Source: Anthoceros angustus
Taxonomy: Eukaryota; Plantae; Anthocerotophyta
Assembly (NCBI GenBank): GCA_010909165.1
Contig: MU008216.1
Span: 187,137-251,136, forward strand
DNA length: 64,000 bases
Direction: 5' to 3'
Under the pieces are notes generated by a model. It made no database searches. It was not told where the DNA came from and was given only the letters and a program-made list of their open reading frames with translations. Below are positions 50,490-63,559 of this stretch, one piece after another. Both the position numbers and the translations under genes were made by a program. Position 1 is the stretch's first letter, and each line of letters begins with the position of its first letter.

Positions 50490-52680
50490 TAAGTCGCATT
50501 CAACCATGGTGCATGTTGGATAAATTTATCATGCACTTTTCTAACCTTTCCTTCCCTCCGGTTGTTGCCAAGGTCAAGAAGCGACACGTGACGTCCGTTC
50601 AATAATTTGGTCATTTGAACAGCGTATGCGAGGTTGCGTGAAACTATGCATGTTGGGTTGGCCGAAAGCGGTAAGGGTTGTCGGTGAAGACTCTCGCTTT
50701 GAGTCTTTAGCGGATCTTTGCCATCTTGTGAAAACATGCATTTGTGTGCCGTTTGAAACTATTTTCTGCGCAAGTTCCGGTTAATCGTGCATTTTACATT
50801 ATTCGATCACGGTGGTCAACAATTGGTTTCGTGAAGCACCGGGCGTTTGAGCGTGGTAATTTGCCCTTACTCAACCCGCTCTGGCGCGATCATTTTGTTG
50901 ACGGTTTGGTCTCCACTATAAATAGTGTTCGATGGCTTTTTGAATCGGGATGGAATCGAGCGGAAGCAATAACGATTTTCAAATCCAAGAAGGTACTTGA
51001 TTGTTCTCGTCTTATCGTTTTTACTTTGCTTTTCTTTTACTAACTTTGTAAACGCAGACGGCCTTCAGGGGCCACCAGGCGCGCCAAATTACTTCCCACC
51101 CATGGGGATCCGAGGATATGGCTAACGCAGAGTTTGAACCACCACCTGGAGATAAGAAAGATCGTAGAAAAAGGTATTCGGGAAAAATGATTGCGTTAGT
51201 CCATATGTTCGTTGGTCGAGTCTAACAAAACCCGTGGGTTGCGTCCTCTGCGAGCACACAATGTTCTCTGTGATGGACAAACAAGACCTTAAGCATCTTT
51301 GCGAGATGCACCTTGATTGAATAAGATAAAGAAGGTAAGCACTTTTCTTTAATTCATTGATCTAATTATGCTCAAATCCAAAATCTTAACCCTAAATTTA
51401 TCTCTGCAGGATATCAAAAGAACCTTGAACAACGGCTCAATTGGGTGAAAGCGTACACTTGTGGAAAGGTTTAATGGACACCGATTTCAATGCAAACAAT
51501 GTTGGAGGGATATCAAAGTTCAATCCAGCAATCGAGGTAATCTAATTTCATACCTTCTTTGCTTCTTCATTGACCTTCTTATAACTTTGGCTTATTACAT
51601 TCGAATCTTTGGAAAACAAGTGCCATAAAAACATAAAGGACAAAGTCGATAAGATTGACAACAACATTGACAACGCAGCCATCTCCAATCGTATACAAAA
51701 GTATTAGGTATATAATGTGCATTAATATGATTTGGTTTAAGAAATTAATGATTTTGGTTTTGATCGGGCAAAAAAAAAAATTGATGACTTGAGGAGGATG
51801 GACCAACTTACGGGCCGTCACTTGAGTTCACGAGTTTGGAAAGTGGATGAGCAATTTTCAATATCCACCACTTTTCAAGACTTTAAAGATAAGTATTCTT
51901 TGGGAGCATAGTCTAAAAGAGCAAGTACCCATCTTGAATGAAGATGGGTCCAACCCAACATTCGAGCGATGACAAATCCAAGCAAGTAATGCGATAACTT
52001 CTCTTTTCACTATTTTCATTACATATAATTCTATGTATTGTAATTTATGCATTGAATGCGAGATAGGGGCGCAATTGAAAATAAGGAGTTGAAAAGCAGA
52101 CTTGTTGTCTCTCATGGAAGAACCGAGACAACTAAAACATTCAAAAGGTACATCGTTTGAAAGGTAATATCCGCTTGCATTCCAAAAAATTCTAATGTTT
52201 ATGTTTCTTGAACATACGATCACATTTCCGATGTGGGGAATCTTCACAGCACGTGTTTAACGCTTGTCGAAAAGGTATATGCAAAGAAAGATCTTCTCCG
52301 AATTGAAATGGAGGTAAATGACTAATTACTTTTACTTTTTGTTTGTAGTTATCGGAGAATCAAAGCGAGTTGTTTTCACTCTTTGAGGTGAGTACTAAAG
52401 TTAAAAATAGATAAGTTTTATATATGAATTCGACAATGGTTTAAATTGCGAAATATTCTCGCTTGGATGAAATATTGAAATGATAATACATTTATCGGAC
52501 CATACAATCAGCAGCTCAAAAAGTACTATTCGAAGACGGACAACGAACCATATTACACTCCATCTACTCCAATAGAATATGTGATTTAACAAAAATATTA
52601 CGATAGTGATGATAATCCTTTTATTGTGTAAAAGTTGAAAAAGCAATAAACGATAGTGAAGGGGAATTCTTGTAAGAGAG
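50490..52680 (+). pseudogene. Decayed multi-exon ORF divergently oriented to the 41900-47450 gene; product unknown
   Basis: Coding-like blocks (MLGWPKAVRVVG..; DGLQGPPGAPNYFPPWG..; GYQKNLEQRLNWVKAY..) flanked by GT..AG introns, with premature stops. Confidence 0.45.
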
Positions 52681-52929
52681 AGAGAAATGACATATAAGTC
52701 GGGTGGTATAGGCACCCGAGATCAGACCTCGGCTCCGCCTCGTGCAGTCGGTTAGGCGCGTCTGGCCCCGGACTCGGCGCTCACTACGCCCGAGGGAGCG
52801 GGCGCACGTCAGGCGCGGCCTGAAACGGTCTCGGCCTCACATCGGCTTCGTGGCGTATCCGCGCCATCGCTACATTTAATAGTATTGTAGACATAGTGTT
52901 GCTTGAAGACAGAGGGATGATCTTTGCTC

Positions 52930-53600
52930 TTCCTTCTCATAATCCACACAATTTACCCAAAATGTGCGTCCAGGGAGCCTTAGCGCAGACATATTGTCGC
53001 AGAGAAGAGGAGTCGGCTCAGTCTGTTGCTGTCCAAGGTCATTAAGGAAGGTGCGTTCCCATTCTATTTCCTTGGAGGCATCTGTAAGGCTCTTGTATTC
53101 AGCCTCTGTAGATGAAAGGGCAATGGAGGTTTGCTTCTTGCAGCTCCAATTGACAGCTGCTGATGCTAGCAGAAAACAATAGGTCGACAGACTACGACTG
53201 GAGTCACTATCAGATGCCCAATCAGCATCAGTGAACCCCTTTAGTTGCAGTCTGCCCTATCCTATATACTTATAGAAAAGTTCATAATACGTTGTCCCCT
53301 TCAGGAAGCGGGAAACCCTTTTGGCAGCTACCTAATGTGCTCGGTCTATCCCAGAACTGTGACAGTGGGCTTACCGAATATTGTATGTCTGGACGTGTCC
53401 AATTGGCCACAAACAACAGGCTTCCGACACCATGTCGATAAGGTACGTTTGCCATATCTGTCTTTTCTTTTGTGCTTTGCGGGCGTTGCATACTTGTCAG
53501 TTTTACACCAATAGCAGATGGTGTTATTGCAGGACGAGCTTGATCGAGCTTGAGCTTCTGTAACAAGTCTTGAAATATTGACTGCGGACAGGTCTTGAGC
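52930..53600 (-). mobile_element. Ty1/copia RT-RNase H fragment
   Basis: VPYRHGVGSLLFVANWTRPDIQYSV; GFTDADWASD..SCKKQTSIALSSTEAEY..LLCDN.SA.AL. Confidence 0.92.
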
Positions 53601-53656
53601 TGCGGACACCCCCCCTTAGGAAGGTAATAGATCGTTTTTTTTGTTTTTTTCGTTAG

Positions 53657-54721
53657 TGTGGAGTGGGAAATAAGGCGGAAAAAGGGGAACTAAGGTTGGG
53701 TCAGGGGAAATGGTGATGGACGGCAGAAAGTGATGAGGGCGGGTAGCAGGAGACTCCGAAGTGCCACTCCGGACTAAACCCCGGTGTTGGCCACTCCGGA
53801 CTAAACTCCGGAGTGCCACTCCGGACTAAACCGCGTAGGCCCTCGGTGAACTCCGAGTAGGCGATAAGTCCCGGAAAAGTGACTTTCGAAAGGGATGGGC
53901 CCTTAATCGGCAAGGGGCCATGTGGGTCGAGAGGAGAACAGGCATGCGAACCAGGGGCTGCGGTTGTCGGCCCGTTAAGGCGGTAACCCACGACCCAAGT
54001 ACATGCGCCAGGGAGGCGGTGGCGTAAGGCTAGAGTACACGATGCAAGACTCTGGCAGTTACGGGCAGCGAAAGGACGTCCTCCCGCGCTTCAGTTACTT
54101 CCGACGCTTCGACGCTAAGAGAGGGCCATTCTCTCAACCAACTTCCCAAAAGTTTTCGCGGTCACTTGTACTCAGGCATCCCACTCTCTGGCGCTCTCTC
54201 TTCCGACGCCCAAGCGCACCTACGAGTGGCCATCGCCTCCGAAATGGGCGCTCATTGCGGCGGAACTTAACGGAAGCATTCTCGCCCACCACCTCACAGC
54301 TGCATACTAGCCAGCGCGCGAGTATGGGACCCAAGAAGGCGGAGGTGCAGGTGGCGCGAGTGGCGGTGACCAGGCCACAATCCGTGTCGCGATGAGTTCG
54401 TTCCCAAGGGAATGATTGGTTTTGTTTTGCAAATCGCAGACCGATTCTCGCCTCATCGTCGTGGCAGTTTCTCGAGATCTCAACACGATCGTTTTCACTC
54501 CTAATTACTCTTAAGTGTCCGCCGAACAGGCCCGGCGTGGCCAAACGTTTAAGGACTCGTTCACGTCCATTTCCTACCAGTCCATCCTATGTCTCGTCTA
54601 GTCCGTCTCTCCTACCACGTTCATTACGCACATTACCAGTTGGGAAATCGTGGGTGGGTTGCATGGTCCGGACCTCCGCCGCCGTTCAACCAGGAACAAG
54701 GTCTCCTTAGGGCTAGTGACA
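53657..54721 (-). mobile_element. LTR-like segment (~1.07 kb) with 20-bp GCCACTCCGGACTAAAC repeats
   Basis: Minus strand TGTCACTAG...CACTCCACA, preceded by purine-rich GAAAGTGGAG (PPT-like). Confidence 0.5.
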
Positions 54722-54734
54722 CACTCCACTTTCA

Positions 54735-56000
54735 GGAGACGGGCCAAATTTGACATCAAAATTTGCGGTTAAGTAAACTTGAAACGTTGAAACTGCTGTC
54801 CACAAGTTGAGCAGAAGAGATTCGCCCGTGCTCCTGTAGCAGCCCTTCTCCTCTCGTGGTCTTTTATGGCATTGAGATGAAGCTTCTCCAGTTTGGCCAT
54901 CATTTCCTCCATCTTGTTCCCTTGTTGCTCCACCTTTTTGGCTGTTTCCACCTCTCTTCTCACACTCCGCGTCCTTCTTTGCATATACGGCTCCTTTCCT
55001 CTGGTAGCGTCTTTTTCCCACTCATTTTCGTTTCCTTCTTTCTCTCCCTTGACGCTCATCTCGTGAATCTTCCTCCGAGCTATCCTTTGGTCTCTTCTTG
55101 GTGGAACTCTCGAGTCTGTGAAGGTTATCTTCCTCCAGTGGGCTGTCATGGAGGATGAGTCTTCTTCTTCTTCTTGGATTTCTTCTTGTCTCCGTATGCC
55201 TTTCTTGATTTCTTCCCTTCTGCGTTGGACTCCTCGTAGTTCAGAGCGGCCTTGATCGCCCGATCCAAGTCTTTCTCGGCTTGGAGGCGTCGTGCTTCCC
55301 ATCTCGGCCCGGACCTCTTGCGAACCAGCGGATTGCCATTAACTCCGGTGAGGTCCGGCCGATCCGCGCGGTTGGAACCTTTCCACATAAGCTGCGGGTC
55401 TCCTTCTTCCTCTCCAATCCCTCGAGTTTGGACAGACATATCCCTTCCACATCGACCCTAGACCTTTCACAAAAGCTCTCTTGAGGCCCCAAAGGTGGGT
55501 GGGGTGTGGAAGAAGCTATGTACTCGTTTGTACCACTTGGCGCCGCTCATAAGACCCCATAAAGCAGTGGGCGTTGCGCATCCTCACGGTTGTGGCGTCG
55601 GTGCTCAAAGCAGCTCGACAAACTCGTCGGGATCCTCATGGCCCTTCTTTTCTCCATACAGCGGGTAGGGGCTTAGTGGTAACAACAGGAGTAGTAGTCA
55701 TAAGCTACCGTGGTAGTACTTTCAGCAGCTGCGGTAGTTGCGGCCACTATGGGTGACCTCCACATTCCAGTTTGTGGACGGTGATCTAGGCAATGGGCGA
55801 GGTCAAAAGACAAGGTGGGATCGGGTGCACGGCCCTTGTACGTAGTCGAGAGTTGGGAATCTCGGATAAGGTCCGATCCAATTCAGTCGACTCCTGCTCC
55901 TCTCGTCCAGTGGTGACCTCTGCGCCCTCCTCGTAACTCTCTGCCTTTCGCTTGCGTTTTGCCGAGCGTTTCCCAGTCGGATCGAGTTCGCTTGTCTTGC
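54735..56000 (-). pseudogene. Gypsy gag remnant
   Basis: KMEEMMAKLEKLHLNAI..ANLFCSTCGQ resembles a gag C-terminus and knuckle start; lies downstream of a PBS. Confidence 0.55.
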
Positions 56001-56068
56001 ATCCATCTCAATCTAGTAATACTAGACTCTCTACTTAGGCTATGGTTAGTTCTCCTTTGTGGATTTCA

Positions 56069-56083
56069 TTCCCGGCAGCGCCA
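56069..56083 (-). promoter_or_regulatory. tRNA-Asp-type PBS (Athila-like)
   Basis: Minus strand ..CTCCACA TTT TGGCGCTGCCGGGAA, equal to the canonical TGGCGCCGTTGCCGGGGA with a 3-nt loss and one mismatch. Confidence 0.75.
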
Positions 56084-56086
56084 AAA

Positions 56087-57914
56087 TGTGGAGTGTGAAT
56101 TTGTGTCTAGGGACAAGTGAGGTCCACATTCACCCTCAATATGTAGGCTTAGGATTCGCTCCCAAGGGAATGGTTTGTGCGAGGCGCTATATCGCTCTTC
56201 TAAGTCGGGACTTACGCTATTACTCCTCTTACCTATCTACTCAACTACTACTACCTCCCGACTTGTCTAACTACCAGATCTTATTCACCCACGATCTTAT
56301 TCCACAACCACAAATCTTATTCCACGACCGCCAAATCTTATTCCACGGCGCGGTGGCTCTCACTGGGTAGTTGCTTCGAGGTGGGTCCCACAAACCCTAG
56401 CGACTTATTTCCGGCGCGCCGCGGATCCCACAGGCGTCTACCGTGCACGGATCGGACTTTATTGCACTCCACACTTCATGCACACACACAGATTCCTAGG
56501 GACCAAAGTTCCACAAATCCCTCTCAACACACACACACAAGGCCACACTCACACAATTTTACAAGGAGCTTTGTTTTCCTCTTGTGCACACTTCCTGCGG
56601 TTTGGATTCTTTTGGATCACACAAATCTCCTTAGTCTCTCAATTAGTTCCTTCTCAACTCCTCTTACACCTCGCATCGCGTATTGTTCGATCACTCCTTC
56701 ACCCAATCTTCTCCCTCTCTCTCTCTCTCCCTCAATTCGCCCATGACTTCAACCATCCACTCAACACTTCTCTCTCAATTTGAACACAACTTCAGGAACA
56801 AGGGTGAAGGAAAGAAGAACCCCAGGCGTCCACGGGGCGTTACGAGCAAGCTCGAGACCGCCCAGCGCCAATCCTTGGTTTCCTCCTCCTTTATCGGCAA
56901 GATTGCTCTATCACCCCTCCTCCCGGTTGCGGAGCAAGCTCTAAACCACCCCTAGGCGTCTCGCGCACCCCTCTGTCAATCGGACGTCTCCAACCAGCCA
57001 CAGGCGTGGGGATCTCAACCAGGAGTTATCGATGTGAGGGGCACAAGCCGCCCCTTTATACAATTCTTTGGGCGTCATAGCCACGGACTTTCAGTCCTAA
57101 AAGCAATTTGAGCAGGGCCCCTACAATTTCGGACGGCCTTAGGTCCAAGATGGCATCCTATCAAAGTTCTATTCCTAGGATGCCACTACTCCACCCCATG
57201 TTATCTCGCACTCTCGATTTGGTGCTTTGGCCCTTAGTCCTTTCTTGCTGAATTTATGGGTCCTCCTTCCTCGTTCTTTGATCTGGAAAATCCTCCCATA
57301 AACTCTCCTTTGTTTTCCATGATCCCAAGTCCCGACTCCCTCACCAATCCTCCACCTCGGACCCTCCAATGGTCCATATTTGGCCATTAGGCGGTCTTTC
57401 CTGCAACCTTGGCGCCATGCTCTGCAAAACCCTCACGCCCTCGCCTCAAATTGCTGATAACTCGCCTCGGAATCTCCAACTTGGTCAATCCCCGGGGTTT
57501 CTTCCTTCCTCGAGCTCGCCGCCACCGGGGCTGCCCTTCTGACCTCGTGCAGGCTCGTGCCTGTCGATTCTGGAGCTACCCCATTGCGCCTTGCCTTCAG
57601 TTCCCTTAGGGTTATATTTCCCGGAAACTCTCGACCATGGCCAAACCCCAGCTACCACTTCTTCTTCTCCTTCCTTCCACGAGATCGGTTCGCCAGTCTT
57701 GAAACATAGTCCCTTTTGATCGTGACCACACACCGGTTCAACTCTGCCCGGTTGGTTCGACCTCTAGCCTCGGACCTCTACGCAAATATGGGGACCCCCC
57801 CATATATAGACTTTCTATTAGATATTCCGAGACCAAAGGCCAGTATCGAGTTCATAGTCTAAGGACCGATTATTATTCAACCCGAAACAACCCAAAACTC
57901 ATAGGTCAAGGACA
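56087..57914 (-). mobile_element. Athila-like LTR (~1.8 kb)
   Basis: 3' end fixed by CA plus PBS; TATAAAGGGG box near 57055; 5' end TGTCCTTGACC is tentative. Confidence 0.65.
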
Positions 57915-58049
57915 CTTTCTAGTATAAATATCCCTTCCTCACAACCTAGCTCGTTTTGACACCAAACTTAAGCAAAAAAAACAAAAAATCACTCAAAGAC
58001 AATTTCAGCGGGAAGTTTACAATACTAGATCGTTTTACGGGGCTCATAG

Positions 58050-60970
58050 CGGCTGTCCTGACAACAAAACATTCACATCGAGTTCCCCAAAACTCACCCC
58101 TGTTTACTTCAACGGCGGACCATGAGCAGTAGCATGCAAGCCAGTTCTTGAAAGCCTCTTTTGCGCTTTGGGCGGAGGTTGCCACCCTTTCTCATATCAT
58201 ACAAAACACGTGTTTTTAAAAGAGATGTCTTGAATGGCGAGTTCCACTTAGAACAATGTAAGTAAAATCAGGTTTTTCCATGTATGCACACTTTTGTTTG
58301 GTCGTCGTACCCTTCAGACTACTGGGGAAAGGCGGAGTGCGGCACTATGGGTCCAAAACACGTAATATGCATTCAAATCAAAGTCGGGCATTTTCCACGA
58401 AGAGTCAAAAGCAGAATTATACGGTCAGCGGACGAGCCCCTCATCTACAAGTCACAGCTACCCAAAGGGTCATCTACTTCAACCAAATTGAGCTCCGAAT
58501 CACGTTTCTACATTTTCCAAATCCACGCTTTCCGTGTCACCAAAGTCATCACCTTCAACCAAAGCGAGCGTCGGAGCCTCTGTTTATGCGGTGGTAGTGT
58601 GCCGTTTTCATCCCATATGTCAATGCGGTTGGTCTTAGGCGGTCGTCACACAGGGTCTGCAGTCCTTCATTCGACCCTTCTTTCCAAGCAAGCTATACAC
58701 TTGCATTTTCACATCAATGCCTCAAATGCCACATCTCCTTTGCCCAAAACTTGCAGGGCCGAAAACTTATTTGTTATTATTTGAACTCGTCCGGCTCCAA
58801 CCCGTTCACTCGTTGTGACATATACATTGAGCATCGTGCGTCTTTGTCAATAGCCTAGCGTTCCTTTTCCGTTGAATCCGGCCACCAAAATGATCACGAT
58901 CCCGCAAAGGCCAACAATCCGCCGTTTTGGAGAACATGTTCACCAACATGCCTAATAAGCCCATGTTTCGATATGGCGATACGACCATCTTATCACCAAG
59001 GTGGTAAATCGCCTTCTTCACCACTCCCATGTCCTTGGGAGCACTGCTTGATGTCTTTGCCGAAAAGAGGAGCTTTTCCGACATTGGACTCGTCTCACCG
59101 CGCTCCCATCAAATATTCCACTGCTTTCCACAAAGACCACTGTAGGTGGGATGTTGGTTTCTCCATACGGTTTGTAATGACTCTTTCCCCGCACTAAGAC
59201 CTCAAAGCCTCCCGGCTTGAATCACCCCATCCACCCCATGCATAAGAATTATCCGAACACATCAGGTGGTCTTCTCGCTTGAAAGAGCTGATGATCTCTT
59301 TCAATTCTTCTTCAACGAAAGCCTTGTCATTCTCATGCCTGTAAACCTCGAGGGAGGTCGCAGAAAAGAAGAGTATACCTCCTGTGGCAAAAATCCTTTC
59401 ATATCCAAAATGTCTCGATGCACCACCGATATGCCACTTTGTCCAAGACCTGTGCACTCAAACCGCCACCGCATCCATGTCCTTGTCGGCCATTTGTTTT
59501 CGCCTTCTTCCATCCGCTTCCGCCATGCGCTATAAACAAAATCTTGGAAAGGTTTTGGCAGCTTTTCCAAATCCTCAATTTCCGCAAGCAATGACGGTGG
59601 TCAAACAACTCATTGACAAGAAGGAGTGCGCACACCACGACTGTGGTGGGCGGCCACCCCGACTCACCAGAACATGGTCAGAAAGGAGGCGGCTGAAGAC
59701 CGGCGTGACTCCGGCGTTTACGAAACAACACAGAGGCGTCACCACAAGATTGCAAGTGCGCCGACCGCGACTCAACGAATACACTCACTTACCACTTTCG
59801 CAAAAGTCGCTTGAACTTCAACCCTTGGCCTGATGTTTTGGGAAACTGCTTGGCGACTTCAAGGTGGCACACTTCATAGCCTTCAAAGGCATGCTCGATA
59901 AGGTTAATCTTCTTCCTGTTGCCAACATCAGTATCCATATCTTTTAGCTGCGGTTTCCCTTGGATGACCTTACGGGTCACGCTATCAACATCTCTTCACC
60001 TTTCGTCCTTGGGACTCCTTGGAATGCTCTCCATGCCCTTAGCATTGGAGCGGACGAGGTCGATTAGGGGGCTGTTGTAGTTGGGTCTTGTGGCTTCCGT
60101 TTGCTTTCCGTCGTCACATGTCTTTGTTCACCTGCTCGGGAGTTCGCACTTCTCCACACATGGAAAATGGTGTCCACGTTCTCCCACAATTTACCTCGCA
60201 ATCCTCAGCGGCAGTCTTCCATCCACCATCTTCATACATAATCCTGTCCTTGGGTTTCCAGCCTCCTCCGGCATCCCGACAACTTGTACACATTGAACTT
60301 CCCGATCGGTTTTCCATCGGGTGTGTCCGGTGCCAAATCTCAAGCTCATCATGTATGTAGCGTACTTGTTCAATAAAACCAAGCTTCTTCCTCTGTCGCA
60401 TACACATTGTGATCAGCGCCGGCACCCTCATTTCTTCCTCTGTCAAGCTGCATATACATGGCCCTCAAGCCATTGAAATTTATCTTCCGCGGATACATTT
60501 CGGTGTCGCATGGCGGCATAGCAATGGTTCCCTCGGCACCCCTAGGGTGTAATCTTTGAGCTCGATCTCCTCCGGTGCATCTTCTTTCTTCAAGCTTGTC
60601 TTTGGATCAATCATGCACAAAGTGGGGCGTCCCTTCCTTCAGGACACATGGCATCATCGAACAAGGCACTTCATCCATGCCTCATCCACCTTCCTTATCG
60701 AGCATCTGCGTTAGAAATGAAGCGGGGCGTGAAAAATGTGAATGTCGAATGTTGTGGTTTGCACCCGCTTCTTGTAGGCCCAGTGCGAACCATCTCAGAT
60801 AGTCATCCTCCTGCGAAAGGAGCTCCAGTCGTTCGGCATCGTGGTATTTGTCAAGACACGCTTCCTCTTACATGCTTCCTCGACTTCCTTAATTTTTCCG
60901 CCTCTACCTCTTCTCCATCACCAGCACGAGATCTTGCCTTCCTCTTTCGCTTGATTGGTGTGCTCTGCAT
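58050..60970 (-). pseudogene. Long decayed accessory ORF containing a beta-class N4-cytosine/N6-adenine DNA methyltransferase domain (~58790-59420)
   Basis: Starts MQSTPIKRKRK (ATG 60970). SVVHRDILDMKGFLPQE-YTLLFCDLPRGL (motif IV-like, 59342-59377)..ENDKAFVEEELKEIISSFK..LLGMLVNMFSK-NGGLLAFAGS*SF (motif X-I, 58890-58950)..ER*AIDKDARCSMYMSQRVNGLE. Motif order IV before I defines the beta class. Confidence 0.72.
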
Positions 60971-61059
60971 GGAAATCAAAACAAGATGCTTCAATTCTTA
61001 CATGCGTTGGTGCGGAGGCGGGCGGGCTAGGAGCATTCTTACCGACCATTAGCAGCTTC

Positions 61060-62560
61060 GAAGTCGCGGCCTGCGTCTAGAGGCCTCGGCGCACCGAGTT
61101 GATTTTTTCGGGGTAGTGGGTGAATTTTTAGAGAGTGACCTTTTGGTCATTGTTTTACCCAGACGGTAAAATTCATTACAATATAGTAGAAAATCATCTA
61201 CCATCAAGGTACAAAAACAAGCAGAACCATCGAGTGGGGTAAAAATCATCTACCATCAAGGTAGAAAATGAAGACTACGATGAAAACATGACGACCAAGT
61301 GAATACCGGTGGAATTACAGAAACTCGTTAAATCCCACCAAAATCGCTAATCACGACAAAAACATTTACATTAAATAATATTCATGCGGATCCGGATATA
61401 CAAAAACCAACAAAGAAACCTTTTCTTTGCGAGTTTCTGTATATCGAGAATGGCATGAAATCACGAATTCAACTAATGAAGGTAAATACGAGAATAGATT
61501 GAACTCGCTGGATTGAACTCTACTTCAACAACAATGGAACCTACAAAAACAAAAGCGGCACACAAAGCGTGATTAGGTGATACTAGAAAACCGAAATAAT
61601 CATGCAAATACTTAAGAAATGATACAATCATAATTAGGAAATTATTTGTACAATTGCTCTGATTGAAAGCGTAATTTTTCCGACCACTTGGCTTGATTGG
61701 CACTTGTCAGCATCATCATTGTGGCAACCAATTGATGGGTAGAACTGGAACTGTCCGGCTTCCTGCAAGGTCACAACCTAATAAAATACAACCATTGATT
61801 TTCAATGTCTTTAGCGATTAATAAAGAGCATAAGAAGACTTACTAATCGGCGGATTTTCGCGAGATAGCGGCAAATATCTCGGGAAACATTCTTACGCTC
61901 CTGTTCTCTTTTCCACTGCAGTCTTGAACCTCTTGCTTGCTCTGCTCTGCTTGCTTTGCTTGATTTCTCTTAATGCTTGTGCTCTTGTCTCCTCTCCACA
62001 TTTCTCCGCCTCTGAATCTCAAGGCTTTCTCTCTTTGTAGAGACTCGTAATTCAAGCCTTTCGCCTCTGTCTCTCTATAAGAGCCTCCAAATCCTTTTGC
62101 ATGAAACTCAATTCCATTTGCATCTATCATACTCCAATTCCTACTCGCGCGATCTCAAGCCAGCTCAAAGCCACTTCCATTTCCATTTGCGGTCACAGGG
62201 GGCGTCACGATATCGGAGGTGCTACCACGGCCACATTTCTGTCACGGTTAACCCGGATGATGCATCCTCACTATGCACAATGCCCTCCAGCGAGAGGGAC
62301 CCGCATCGACTTCCCTGATGTATCAATGTTGAAATGAGGATGATGGTGCTTCCACTAATTAGATTCACAACCTTTGAGATAAACACAATCGAAACTCCAA
62401 AAGAAGTGAAAACAAACAAGCAGACAAAGAATCAACCTTGTCAACATAGATTTCACTAGAACACCAGTTGTTGATACTAACATTATCCATGGATGCCTTA
62501 GCCCTTTGCTTTTGAGGTATGTTTGCAACCAAAACACCCACGTCTCACACGCGTAACGAA
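61060..62560 (-). mobile_element. Second, diverged copy of 43670-45130
   Basis: Colinear: AAGTCGCGGCC, TGACCTTTTGGTCATT, AAATCATCTACCATCAAGGTA (twice), ..CCAAAAGAAGTGAAAACAAA..CAAGCAGACAAAGAATCAACCTTG. Confidence 0.85.
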
Positions 62561-63559
62561 ACCAGTGTGGGGTGGTAGTGTGGTTTGGTGTACCATATAA
62601 GTGTGCAACAATCATGGCAATTTATCCACATGTGTCCACTTTTCCATTTAGATAATTTTGGATTGATCAAATGATGTCCAATTTATGAAATTTTTTAGAG
62701 CAAGGGTGACCATCTAGGCGGATGCACTCAAAAAAATTCAGCAAGAAAAGATTACATATGGTAGAAACTATTTGTGGTCGAGATTTAATTATGAAAGTGC
62801 AATTGTAACACTCGATGTGTGTGGCGGCACCACACTCGGGGACGGGAGAGAGTCCCTTCCCCACCGATCCCAAGAGAGAGAATTATTTGAAATTTAAAAT
62901 GTATGTTCTCCCTCCTCCGTGGGAGAGAGACTTTTAGTTTCAATTTTAAACCTTGTTTTGAGGTGCAATGGCTCATCACGGGAGGAGATTCCTAGTTTGA
63001 AATTTCACACAGCGAAGTTGAGAGTACCAATAGCCCTTGGCCCCAGTTGTCAAAGTTTTTGTGATAGGTGAGGCCATGGATTGCGAAGTTGAAGGGTTGA
63101 TGTGTATTGAGACATGGCGCCAAGCAAGCGGGAGAGGCGGATCTGTCGGCGCTCCAAGCATCTTGCTTGGAAGCGTGCACGAGCAAGAGGCGGTTAGCGC
63201 AGATTGGCGTGGATATCCCTAAAGTGTTCGATTGCCACCTCTAGTGGTGGGTGCGAAACTACGAGTGCACAAGACATGGGGAGTGAAGGGGCTGCACAAG
63301 ACATGGGGGTTTTGGCTTTCAAGGGGCTCGGCAGGGATGCGCATGATGTTGGCCCACCCGTGGAACCCGTAGTGCTAGCGTGAAGCCTTAGTTCCAAACA
63401 CGATTGTCGACCGAGCGGTCGAGACGATGTAGGCGCAGCAGAGCTAACCAACACCAAGTTTGTGGTGTGTGGTATGTGTAGCTCCCTTCCTAATTCAGAC
63501 GTAGATACAATGCTACTCTACCTTGCGTGAAATTTCATCCCTCTTCTCTCTCTCGAGAA

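Noticed and set aside
53657-57914. 53657-54721 and 56087-57914 as the paired LTRs of one element
   Set aside because: They share only the terminal CTCCACA and differ in length and internal sequence, so they are probably different families; no TSD found.
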